The notes: generated by a model not told the origin, from the sequence alone. Shown: positions 1-7,686, counted from the stretch's first letter. The stretch is DNA of 32,000 nt from Synechococcus elongatus PCC 6301 (GCF_000010065.1 NC_006576.1:1500001-1532000), one strand, 5' to 3'. Made by a program: numbers and translations.

Positions 1-869
1 CTTTTGTGGCGACAGCGAAGTCGGACTACTACTGGCGGGATGAACAGGGGCTGTTGCCGATCTCGAATCCGACAATGCTGTGGTCGCGCTGGCAGCGCAG
101 CTACTTTGACCCTTGGGATCGCTGGTTGATGAAGCATCCGCGCTGTCGAGCCGTTTTCCCACGCGATCGCCTGACGGCTGAGGGGTTACAGCAGCTTGGG
201 GTACCGGCGATCGCAGTCGGTAATCCGATGATGGACGGCCTCGAGGCACCGGAAGCTGCAGCTTGGTCCCCCCTTTTGCCGACGGGATCGCGTTGGTTGC
301 TGTTGCCAGGTTCTCGGCCGCCGGAAGCTCAGCGAAATTGGTCGCAGATCATTGATGCACTGCCGGTTGATCCCGACCGCGCTTTTGTGGCGTTGGCGGC
401 GATCGCGCCTTCCTTGCCGCTAGCGGAGTTCACGCAAGGTCTCAGCGATCGCGGTTGGCAACCTGCGGCTAGTCCGATTCCCGAGGCGATCGCCTTTCAA
501 AAAGGAGCAGGTTGGTGCCTACTGGGGCAGCGGAATTTCGCGCCGTTTCTACAACTTGCCGAGGGCGCGATCGGAATGGCTGACACCGCGACAGAGCAAT
601 GCGTGGGGCTCGGTAAGCCCGCTTTCACGATCGCGGGACAGGGGCCGCAGTTCACCCGTGGGTTCGCAGAAGCGCAGACTCGCTTGTTGGGGCAATCGGT
701 GCAGTTACTCTCTCAACCTTCGGACTTCCTAACCGCATGGGAGGCTTATCAAGCCGATCTAGCCATGCAAGAAGCGACCGCAACCAATGGACGCTTACGT
801 CTTGGAGAAGCGGGGGCAGCAGCCCGGATTGCCGAGGTCCTGCGATCGCAGCTGCTAGAGTCAGCGTGA
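1..869 (+). CDS. LpxB-like (lipid-A-disaccharide synthase-related) glycosyltransferase, 5'-truncated by the window edge
   Basis: The reading frame of ORF 6..869 stays open to the window start. It contains LLPGSRPPE, which resembles the LLPGSRxxE motif of LpxB-family glycosyltransferases. Composition is native and HIP1-rich. Confidence 0.5.
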   Translation, partial: FVATAKSDYYWRDEQGLLPISNPTMLWSRWQRSYFDPWDRWLMKHPRCRAVFPRDRLTAEGLQQLGVPAIAVGNPMMDGLEAPEAAAWSPLLPTGSRWLLLPGSRPPEAQRNWSQIIDALPVDPDRAFVALAAIAPSLPLAEFTQGLSDRGWQPAASPIPEAIAFQKGAGWCLLGQRNFAPFLQLAEGAIGMADTATEQCVGLGKPAFTIAGQGPQFTRGFAEAQTRLLGQSVQLLSQPSDFLTAWEAYQADLAMQEATATNGRLRLGEAGAAARIAEVLRSQLLESA

Positions 870-888
870 TTTATTCCTGTTGCGCCCT

Positions 889-1374
889 ATGAGTTTGGCG
901 GAAGACGAGCGCTTTATGCGACGGGCGATCGCGCTGAGTCGGCAAGCAGGATTGATCGATTGTACGGGCGGGCCTTTTGGCTGTGTAATCACTCGCAACG
1001 GCGAGATCATCGCGGAAGGCTTCAATCAAGTCCTGACTGAAAGGGACCCGACTTGGCATGCTGAAATCGCCGCCATTCGACAAGCTTGCCAGCACCTACA
1101 AACTGTTGATTTATCGGGATGCACGCTCTACACCAGCGCGGAACCCTGTCCGATGTGTGCGGCAGCCGTTTACTGGGCCAAGCTCGAGCGCCTTGTTTTT
1201 GCGACCCGCTGCTCTGACACTGCTGCCTACGCCGAGTTTGATGACAGCACTATCTATGCTGAGATCCAAAAGCCAGCCCGCGATCGCACAATTCCCCATC
1301 AAGAACTGCTGCGATCGGAAGCTCAGATCGTTTGGCAAGACTATCAGCAACAACGCGATCGCACCCCGAATTGA
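889..1374 (+). CDS. CMP/dCMP-type zinc deaminase (nucleoside or guanine deaminase family)
   Basis: Both zinc-binding motifs of the cytidine/deoxycytidylate deaminase fold are present: HAE (..PTWHAEIAAI..) and PCPMC (..AEPCPMCAAA..). I prefer the ATG at 889 to the TTG at 880 given in the track. Confidence 0.8.
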   Translation: MSLAEDERFMRRAIALSRQAGLIDCTGGPFGCVITRNGEIIAEGFNQVLTERDPTWHAEIAAIRQACQHLQTVDLSGCTLYTSAEPCPMCAAAVYWAKLERLVFATRCSDTAAYAEFDDSTIYAEIQKPARDRTIPHQELLRSEAQIVWQDYQQQRDRTPN

Positions 1375-1589
1375 GGGCTGAGCGATCGCTCCTGATTGCT
1401 AACGATCCATCAACTCGCTCCGACCAGTCTCTAGACTGACCCCTCACGCTGGCAAAGATTGCACTGTCTAGTGTCTAGGGATCAGGCTGCAGCCGACTGA
1501 AATGGAGCAGCAATTTTTTGCAGCCAAAGAAAAGAAAATAGTGTTAACGTCTTGCATTAATTCGTCGCAATTAATCAAGAACTATTACG

Positions 1590-2147
1590 ATGCTGCAGAA
1601 AGTGACTCGCTTCTTGGGAATCCTTGCGCCACTTTGCTTAGCATCTTCGCTGTCTGCTGCGCCGCCCCCTGAAACCTTTGCCATCCGATCGACTGCAGAC
1701 CTCGAGCGTCTGTTAGCCGGTCTCAGCCGCGATCGCGATGCAGGCGCCCGCCAAGAAATTCAAGCCTTGATGGCGGTTCTTCTCGAAAAAGGGGTTCCCG
1801 TCCGCTATCAGCCCAACGGAGAACTGGGGCCCGGCCAGCGCTTTGTCCGTTTCGGCGTCTTTTCCACCAGCGGTCAACTGACCCTGACCGATCAGCCGCT
1901 GCGGGATACACGGACACTCTTGACTACGCTGCGCCATGAAGCTTGGCATGCCGTGCAAGCCTGCGCCACCAATGGCCGTCCTCGGGGACAACTCAAGCCG
2001 GTTGGCATCCGGACAACTGCAGCCGCGCAGCAAGCCGTGATTGACAAGGGCTATCGCCCTCACGACCACGCGATCGAAGCCGAAGCCTTTACCGCTCAGT
2101 TTGTGCCGTATCAGTCCTTAGAGGCACTGAGAGAGTATTGTCCATAG
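1590..2147 (+). CDS. Small secreted hypothetical protein with an HExxH motif
   Basis: The N-terminal hydrophobic signal-like segment is MLQKVTRFLGILAPLCLASSLSAAP. The motif HEAWH (residues 116-120, nt 1935-1949) fits the zinc-metallopeptidase HExxH pattern. The upstream region is AT-rich. Confidence 0.55.
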   Translation: MLQKVTRFLGILAPLCLASSLSAAPPPETFAIRSTADLERLLAGLSRDRDAGARQEIQALMAVLLEKGVPVRYQPNGELGPGQRFVRFGVFSTSGQLTLTDQPLRDTRTLLTTLRHEAWHAVQACATNGRPRGQLKPVGIRTTAAAQQAVIDKGYRPHDHAIEAEAFTAQFVPYQSLEALREYCP

Positions 2148-2448
2148 CTTGCAAGCGCGATCGCGCCATTGATTGACCATGCAGGCTGACCAAAAATGGG
2201 ACGCAGTAGGTCAGTAGAGCAGAAACCCAACGCGACTGCGTCATTTGGCCATTGGCTGTTGCCCAGCCATGGTTAATCGTAAACAGGAGCGTACCGATGA
2301 ATAACGCTACCCGCACAGCTGTCGCGATCGCCCGACGATCGCGACAGGTTTGACGAAAAGCGGCGATCGCAGACAACAGACACTCACTGGGACTCCGATC
2401 GACAGTCTGCACTGCCCCAGCTTGACCGACTGTCTGATTTGCCACCAA
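2089..2448 (-). CDS. Small membrane protein, NrtS-like (putative nitrate/nitrite transporter family)
   Basis: The segments RVALFIGTLLFTINHG and LLTYCVPFLVSLHG resemble my recollection of the NrtS-family pattern (ALVVGTxLxxINHG ... VPYxVS). Start and C-terminal extent are uncertain. The 3' end overlaps the convergent ORF 1590..2147. Confidence 0.4.
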   Translation of the reverse strand: MVANQTVGQAGAVQTVDRSPSECLLSAIAAFRQTCRDRRAIATAVRVALFIGTLLFTINHGWATANGQMTQSRWVSALLTYCVPFLVSLHGQSMARSRLQAMDNTLSVPLRTDTAQTER

Positions 2449-2454
2449 TTGCCC

Positions 2455-3939
2455 CTAGCCTTTCAGCTTTTGGTTGAGGATTTGGTTCGAGAGCTTCGGA
2501 TCGACACGCCCACCCGTTTTCTTCATCAGTTGACCCACAAAGAAGCCCTGCAGCTTGGTTTTACCAGCACGGAACTGCTCTAGCTCCGTGGGGTGCGCCG
2601 CCAAAAGTTCATCAACTAGCGCTTCGATCTGCGCCGGATCGGAGATTTGCGTCAGACCCTTCGCTTCCACGATCGCTTTGGGAGAGCCACCTTTTTCCAG
2701 CAGTTCCGGCAGAATTTCCTTGGCAATTTTGCCGCTGATCGTGCCCGCTTCAATCAGGTTGACCAGTTCCGCCAAATCTTGTGGCTGCAGCGGCAGATCC
2801 GATACCAGCAATTTGTTGGCGTTGACGTAGGCCGCGATGTCGCCCATCAGCCAGTTGGCCGCCTGCTTAGCATCCGCACCGGCAGCCACGGTTGCTTCGT
2901 AGTAATCCGCCGTGCTTTTCTCGTCGGTCAGCACCCGCGCATCGTAGGCCGAAAGTCCATATTGCTCAGCGTAGCGATGGCGTTTTTGCGCCGGTAATTC
3001 CGGCAATTCACTGCGCCAGGTTTCCCGCTGAGTCTCGCTGACTTCGATCGGGCCGAGATCTGGTTCAGGGAAGTAGCGATAGTCGCTTGATCCCTCTTTG
3101 GAGCGCATCGACTTGGTGACTTGCTTGCCTTCATCCCAGAGACGAGTCTCTTGGACGATCGGCTCACCCGTTTCGAGGCAGCGAATCTGGCGCTCAATCT
3201 CGAACTCGATCGCCCGTTGAATGGCGTTGAACGAGTTCATATATTTGATTTCGACTTTGGTACCGAATTTCTCGGTGCCCTTGGGGCGAATCGAGATGTT
3301 GACGTCGCAGCGCAGCGAGCCTTCAGCCATGTTGCCGTCGCTGACGCCGAGGTAGCGCATGATCCGGCGCAGTTCTTGGGCGTATTCCGCTGCTTCCTTA
3401 CCCGTACGCAGATCGGGTTCCGAGACGATTTCCGCCAAGGCCACACCAGCGCGGTTGTAGTCCACCAAGGAGTGGGTCGAACCCGCGAGGCGATCGCTCC
3501 CAGCATGGACGAGTTTGCCCGCGTCCTCTTCCATGTGCAGGCGGGTCACGCCAATTTTCTTGGTGTAGGGTTCTTTGCCCTTCTCGGCGACCTCGATTTC
3601 AATCCAGCCATGTTCCGCGATCGGCAGGTCGTACTGCGAGATCTGATAGTTCTTAGGCAGGTCGGGATAGAAATACTGCTTGCGATCGAACTTGCTGTAG
3701 GGCGCAATCTGGCAGTTCAGCGCCAAACCGGCTTTGACGGCATACTCCAGCACCTTCTGGTTCAGCACCGGCAGGGTACCCGGCAGACCCAGCACCACCG
3801 GATCGATATGGGTGTTGGGGTCGGCACCAAACTCCGTCGAGGCGTTGGAGAAAATTTTAGTGGCGGTGCCGAGCTGGACGTGTGTTTCCAGACCGATAAC
3901 TGCTTCGTACTCAGTCTTTACAGGAGCCGTCGCTGTCAT
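2455..3939 (-). CDS. gatB: Asp-tRNA(Asn)/Glu-tRNA(Gln) amidotransferase subunit B
   Basis: The protein shows a full-length GatB signature: YEAVIGLETHVQL, DYNRAGV.L.EIVSEPD, and a C-terminal YqeY/GatB tail ending GFFVGQLMKKTGGRVDP. I prefer the ATG at 3939 (MTATAPVK...) to the TTG at 3954. Confidence 0.95.
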   Translation of the reverse strand: MTATAPVKTEYEAVIGLETHVQLGTATKIFSNASTEFGADPNTHIDPVVLGLPGTLPVLNQKVLEYAVKAGLALNCQIAPYSKFDRKQYFYPDLPKNYQISQYDLPIAEHGWIEIEVAEKGKEPYTKKIGVTRLHMEEDAGKLVHAGSDRLAGSTHSLVDYNRAGVALAEIVSEPDLRTGKEAAEYAQELRRIMRYLGVSDGNMAEGSLRCDVNISIRPKGTEKFGTKVEIKYMNSFNAIQRAIEFEIERQIRCLETGEPIVQETRLWDEGKQVTKSMRSKEGSSDYRYFPEPDLGPIEVSETQRETWRSELPELPAQKRHRYAEQYGLSAYDARVLTDEKSTADYYEATVAAGADAKQAANWLMGDIAAYVNANKLLVSDLPLQPQDLAELVNLIEAGTISGKIAKEILPELLEKGGSPKAIVEAKGLTQISDPAQIEALVDELLAAHPTELEQFRAGKTKLQGFFVGQLMKKTGGRVDPKLSNQILNQKLKG

Positions 3940-4159
3940 AGCACCAAGGGGCAAAACACTTTGCCATTATATCGCTGCCCTTTGCCGATCCTGTCGCTGT
4001 CAGGCATTTAAGGGGGAAAGTAGCAGCGATCGCTTTAGCAGATATCATTACGAGCCTGTTTCCCGCCTGCACACTATCTGTCATTGACCAACAGAATCAG
4101 CCTGCTAAAGAGTGCCCATCTTCCATAGCGAGATCATGCCTCATTGGAGATTGGAAAAA

Positions 4160-5491
4160 TTAGTTTTTACATGACCAAGGAATAGGCACAATGTGGCCCA
4201 CCCAAGTACACGAAATTCTACTTCTGTAGGCACCATTATAATTAAGAATTTTCAGAATGATAAGTTCTAAGTACCACAAGCATATCTTCCAAGTTTCTGT
4301 TCTCACTGCAGAAGAGTGCCTTGCATATTTAACTCGATTTTTTTGAGTTGGATGAGTTATTGTATTTCGCATGGCTGTCATAGCGTCAGCTGAATCCATC
4401 CAATTCTCTGATTTGGCTAACTTAGATAACTCAACTAGTTCAGAAGGAATATCTGCAGACACTCCAGACCAATGAATAAGTAAACGTATTCTTTCAGCTG
4501 CAGAAATCCTCGTATAACCATCATTGCTAAGCCACTTTTCCCGTTCTACAAGAACGGCAGAAGAAAGTAATTCTAGCGCTGTTTGTGCTTGGATTATAGC
4601 TCCTTCTAACCCACCTGAGAATGCGTTAGCAGAAAGATACCAATGCAGGGCTGTTTGAAGAACTTCACGCCAATCCTCATCATCCCATAACGACATAAAA
4701 CTGCTGAATGGATCCTCAAGGACTTTTGAATACTGCATATCAGTCCATGTAAAACAATTTCTAAAGGGATCAACACGTGGACAAGACCATTCCATCACAC
4801 TTAAACCCGAGGAAGATCCATCATTACCAACTGGAAAAACACAGCCTATCCATCTTCCGACTGCGAAAGATAGATATAGAGAAAAAACATCTAGAACTTG
4901 AATACCTTCGCTAAATTGAAATTTAGAACCATCTAATCTTGTCAATCTCACTGAATGAGTGAGAGCATATCCTGACTGCTCACACAGCGAATTAAGTATG
5001 TTTTTATGTCCTTTTTTAGAATCAACAATAATTTTCCAGTCAGAACATATAAATTTAAGCCTAGCTCTACAAGAGGTTCCATCAGCATACATGATTGGGT
5101 CACCATAGATTTCATGTAGATTGACAATAGAGCAATCAATGTAATCCACTCTATATTGGGGATTATGTTGTATTTTTTGGCTCATAAAGCCAAAAATTGA
5201 CTCTTCTAATCCACCTGTGGAAATATGTGAAATCTTGCAATTCTTGATTAGCTTTTTATTTTTAAGATATAGATCGACAGTATCTAGTAATAGTGATTTT
5301 ATTGTTCCTATGGGCAACCCTGTAATAGAAAAGCGAACTGCAGGAATCGGAAGCCAAGTTAGCCAAATTCTTCCATTAGACTGAACCAGTACATCATCAA
5401 CATTGACGTAAATCTCGTCATTGTAAAATTCAATCTCTTGATTTAAATTGGTGGAAAAATGAATATCTTCCAATGCAAGAGGGTAGTTCAT
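4160..5491 (-). CDS. Orphan 443-aa protein with a C-terminal HEPN-like RNxxxH motif; candidate stand-alone HEPN RNase (ApeA-like abortive-infection/defence protein)
   Basis: It is a long uninterrupted ORF in AT-rich DNA, where random long ORFs are unlikely. R375-N-T-I-T-H380 (nt 4352-4369) matches the Rx4-6H HEPN signature, specifically the RNxxxH form. The C-terminal third looks helical (EGAIIQAQTALELLSSAVL...). The N-terminal two thirds have no motif I recognise. Confidence 0.6.
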   Translation of the reverse strand: MNYPLALEDIHFSTNLNQEIEFYNDEIYVNVDDVLVQSNGRIWLTWLPIPAVRFSITGLPIGTIKSLLLDTVDLYLKNKKLIKNCKISHISTGGLEESIFGFMSQKIQHNPQYRVDYIDCSIVNLHEIYGDPIMYADGTSCRARLKFICSDWKIIVDSKKGHKNILNSLCEQSGYALTHSVRLTRLDGSKFQFSEGIQVLDVFSLYLSFAVGRWIGCVFPVGNDGSSSGLSVMEWSCPRVDPFRNCFTWTDMQYSKVLEDPFSSFMSLWDDEDWREVLQTALHWYLSANAFSGGLEGAIIQAQTALELLSSAVLVEREKWLSNDGYTRISAAERIRLLIHWSGVSADIPSELVELSKLAKSENWMDSADAMTAMRNTITHPTQKNRVKYARHSSAVRTETWKICLWYLELIILKILNYNGAYRSRISCTWVGHIVPIPWSCKN

Positions 5492-5525
5492 TGATTGAAT
5501 CTCGGAAAGAATCTAGATAATCATC

Positions 5526-5551
5526 ATGTTGAATTAGGTCTATATTCAACA
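5526..5551 (-). promoter_or_regulatory. Perfect 9-bp inverted repeat (ATGTTGAAT-N8-ATTCAACAT) in the upstream region of the orphan ORF
   Basis: ATGTTGAAT at 5526-5534 pairs with ATTCAACAT at 5543-5551. The repeat lies 35-60 nt upstream of the ATG at 5491 and downstream of the fructokinase stop. It could be an operator, or a terminator for the fructokinase gene. Confidence 0.3.
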
Positions 5552-5608
5552 TCCTTGTTTTGGCTTTGTATCTCAATTAAATTATTAGTTAATTTGCTGT
5601 TTAGATAG

Positions 5609-6583
5609 TTAAGTTTTAGATAGTAAAGATTGAATAGCATCAGAAGTCGGCTGAGCTGCGATCGCGCCAGGATTCAGGGTCGTCAAGGCACCAGCAGCAC
5701 TAGCCCAGCGAATCGCTGTTTGCACCTGCTCTGCGCTCGTCCACTGGAAGTCCATTTGCGTGTTTTGCGCTAGCCAAGCAGCGACAAATGCATCTCCCGC
5801 GCCGGTCGTATCGATCGCCTTTACCGGAAAAGAGGGACAGTGACCCTGCCAACCAGCAACCCAGTAGTGGCAGCCGCGATCGCCATCCGTAATCAATACT
5901 GCTTGTAGCTGCGGTTGTCGGGCTTGAATTGTTGCTGGATCAACCGTGTCGAACAGCCATTCCGCTTCTTCTCTCGCTAATTTCAACTGCTGAATTTGAG
6001 GCAGGATGGCACGAATGCGATCGGGAGCCAAACTGGGATCAGGCCAGAAACTTGGTCGCCAGTTGACATCCAAGAGAACGGTCATTCCCTGCTGATTGGC
6101 CCAAGTCAGCGCTTGCTGCGCCGCGATCGCACTACTGGGATAAGCCAGCGGAATCGTGCCTAAGCAGAGCACTTTGGCCAAACGAAACCAAGCCTGCGGC
6201 AACTGCTCCGCTTGCAGTTCCGTATCCGCAAATTGATCGCAAGCGATCGCGCCAAACCCTCCGAACTGGCGATCGCCCTGAGCGGTTCGCAGCACTTGCA
6301 CCTGTCGGGTCGGCAGGCGGGGATGCCGCTGCACCGCCGCGATCGCCACGCCATTGTCTTGGAGAACTTGAAAGAGGCGATCGCCTTCAGGATCAGAACC
6401 GAGGCAGGTAATCAGTCCCGACTGAACACCAAGCTTGACTAGCGCCGTTGCAACATTGGCGGGAGCACCCCCCGGCCAAGGTGTCCAACTTTGCACCTGT
6501 TCCGCCGGAAGATCGCGATCGTTGGCCAAACAATCCCAGAGCATTTCTCCCAGACAGATGACCGTTGGCGCTTGGGCTGTCAT
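5609..6583 (-). CDS. PfkB-family carbohydrate kinase (fructokinase-like)
   Basis: The protein carries the PfkB signatures GGAPANVA near the N-terminus and DTTGAGDAF near the C-terminus. At 324 aa its length is typical. Confidence 0.85.
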   Translation of the reverse strand: MTAQAPTVICLGEMLWDCLANDRDLPAEQVQSWTPWPGGAPANVATALVKLGVQSGLITCLGSDPEGDRLFQVLQDNGVAIAAVQRHPRLPTRQVQVLRTAQGDRQFGGFGAIACDQFADTELQAEQLPQAWFRLAKVLCLGTIPLAYPSSAIAAQQALTWANQQGMTVLLDVNWRPSFWPDPSLAPDRIRAILPQIQQLKLAREEAEWLFDTVDPATIQARQPQLQAVLITDGDRGCHYWVAGWQGHCPSFPVKAIDTTGAGDAFVAAWLAQNTQMDFQWTSAEQVQTAIRWASAAGALTTLNPGAIAAQPTSDAIQSLLSKT

Positions 6584-6735
6584 CCCCGCTTCCCCCGTGG
6601 ATCTTTCGCTTCACCCTAGCGAGTCTGCCAACGGAATCGAACGACCCACAAAAAGTGTAGGAAGCGTAGCGATCGCCACAAATATTTACAGAATATTGGC
6701 TAAGCTGTGGGCGCAGTCCGCGGAGGGCCTTGCCA

Positions 6736-7251
6736 ATGGCCTTAGTTCGACAAGTTGAAGTTCTTCCCGTCGAAAGCTTTCGTAGCGGTACTGCTCAGTT
6801 TTTTGCGCCCCAAACCTGCGATCAAACCATGGTGGTTGAGCTCGGTGCAGAGCAGGTGGAAGACTTATTTGTCCATCACTTCCAAACCGACCAACTAATG
6901 GTGCTACAGGGTCAGTTCGTTCTAGTCGTGCTAGAAAATCGGCGCTATCGCTATCTACCCCTGAGCGATCCCAAACGGGAAGTGGTGCGGATTCCGCCGG
7001 GGATTCCCCACGGAGCAGTCAATCTCAGTGGCGAACCTTGCCTACTAGTCAATGCGGTTATTCGCCATGGGGAACCGTGCGATCGCGATTATCGACCGCT
7101 GCAGCCTCCCCTGCCCTACGACTGGGCAGCCATTCAGCAGGCATTGCAGAGCCTGCGATCGCCGCGCCAGCCGCAACCACTACCTAGACAAAGGAATCGA
7201 GATCAAGGGACTTCAGGCCACCTTGCTCAATCTGGCGCATCACATTCGTAA
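6736..7251 (+). CDS. Cupin-fold protein (RmlC/WxcM-like sugar epimerase/isomerase fold)
   Basis: The pattern FVHHFQTDQLMVLQG...RIPPGIPHGAVN resembles the cupin strands of dTDP-sugar epimerase-like proteins. I prefer the ATG at 6736. The low-complexity C-terminal tail overlaps the convergent membrane-protein gene. Confidence 0.45.
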   Translation: MALVRQVEVLPVESFRSGTAQFFAPQTCDQTMVVELGAEQVEDLFVHHFQTDQLMVLQGQFVLVVLENRRYRYLPLSDPKREVVRIPPGIPHGAVNLSGEPCLLVNAVIRHGEPCDRDYRPLQPPLPYDWAAIQQALQSLRSPRQPQPLPRQRNRDQGTSGHLAQSGASHS

Positions 7252-7555
7252 GCTGCCACCAAACCAGCCCTGCCGTCAGCACTGTCAGCGGTAGGGCGAT
7301 CGCGGCAGCAAACCAAGCCGGAAATCCAAAAATTTGCATACCAGCAGCCAAGAACAAGCCGACGCCGATCACCATGGCCAGATAGGGCAAACGCAGTTCA
7401 ACACCCCGCAGAGCGGAGAGTGGCGTCTCTGGGTCAACCAACCATTGCCGGACCAACTGCTTGAGGATTGCAGCAAAGGCAGAACCACTGGTGACCGCAG
7501 CCAAAAACCCTGCAATCAGCAGAAAGTAGGGGGGCTGATCTGGAAAGTAGTACAA
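7184..7555 (-). CDS. Hypothetical integral membrane protein
   Basis: There are three clear hydrophobic spans: FLLIAGFLAAVTSGSAFAAIL, LAMVIGVGLFLAAGMQIFGF and AAAIALPLTVLTAGLVWW. Composition is native. Confidence 0.6.
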   Translation of the reverse strand: MYYFPDQPPYFLLIAGFLAAVTSGSAFAAILKQLVRQWLVDPETPLSALRGVELRLPYLAMVIGVGLFLAAGMQIFGFPAWFAAAIALPLTVLTAGLVWWQLTNVMRQIEQGGLKSLDLDSFV

Positions 7556-7593
7556 GCAGACCTCAGAGATGCAACGGCTTTGATCCTAGCGGC

Positions 7594-7686
7594 TTAGATG
7601 AGCTTGACAGCGCGCAGGCCGAACAGCAGCGCGATCGCAGTAAAAATGCCACCGCCAAGAACCAAGCCAAAAAAGACTGCGCCCAT
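7594..7686 (-). CDS. petL: Cytochrome b6-f complex subunit 6 (PetL), 30 aa; below the ORF-track size cutoff
   Basis: My own translation of the minus strand gives MGAVFFGLVLGGGIFTAIALLFGLRAVKLI*. It is a single transmembrane helix ending in the PetL-type tail GLR.x.K(L/I)(I/L). From memory, petL also sits next to phr in S. elongatus. Confidence 0.75.
   Translation of the reverse strand: MGAVFFGLVLGGGIFTAIALLFGLRAVKLI

Larger units (their letters stand above)
4140..5640. other. Compositionally foreign islet (AT-rich, HIP1-free) inserted between gatB and the fructokinase gene
   Basis: Hand counts of 60-nt lines gave 15/60 GC at 5221 and 25/60 at 4561, against 34/60 at 13021 in native sequence. 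There is no perfect GCGATCGC between the copies at 4026-4033 and 5658-5665. No integrase, transposase, tRNA or flanking direct repeat is visible. Confidence 0.7.

Noticed and set aside
1380-1396. Shared 15-nt string CGATCGCTCCTGATT at about 1383 and about 27130 as a possible repeat element
   Set aside because: There are only two copies, the string is short and is seeded by the ubiquitous HIP1 core, and nothing is conserved beyond it.
3121-4011. 296-aa plus-strand ORF antisense to gatB, and similar long antisense ORFs (7826..8629 in phr, 27702..28565 across rpaA/holB, 10673..11368, 21362..21871, 25096..25539)
   Set aside because: Each lies entirely opposite a confidently identified gene. Their translations are low-complexity and Arg/Ala/Gly-rich, as expected for stop-poor antisense frames in GC-rich DNA.
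4034-5657. Mobile-element hallmarks around the AT-rich islet (integrase, transposase, tRNA target, terminal or direct repeats)
   Set aside because: I found none by eye. The only repeats are an internal 9-bp inverted repeat at 5526-5551 and a trivial 8-mer (GATTGAAT) at about 5494 and about 5628, neither of which flanks the islet. I therefore did not call it a mobile element.
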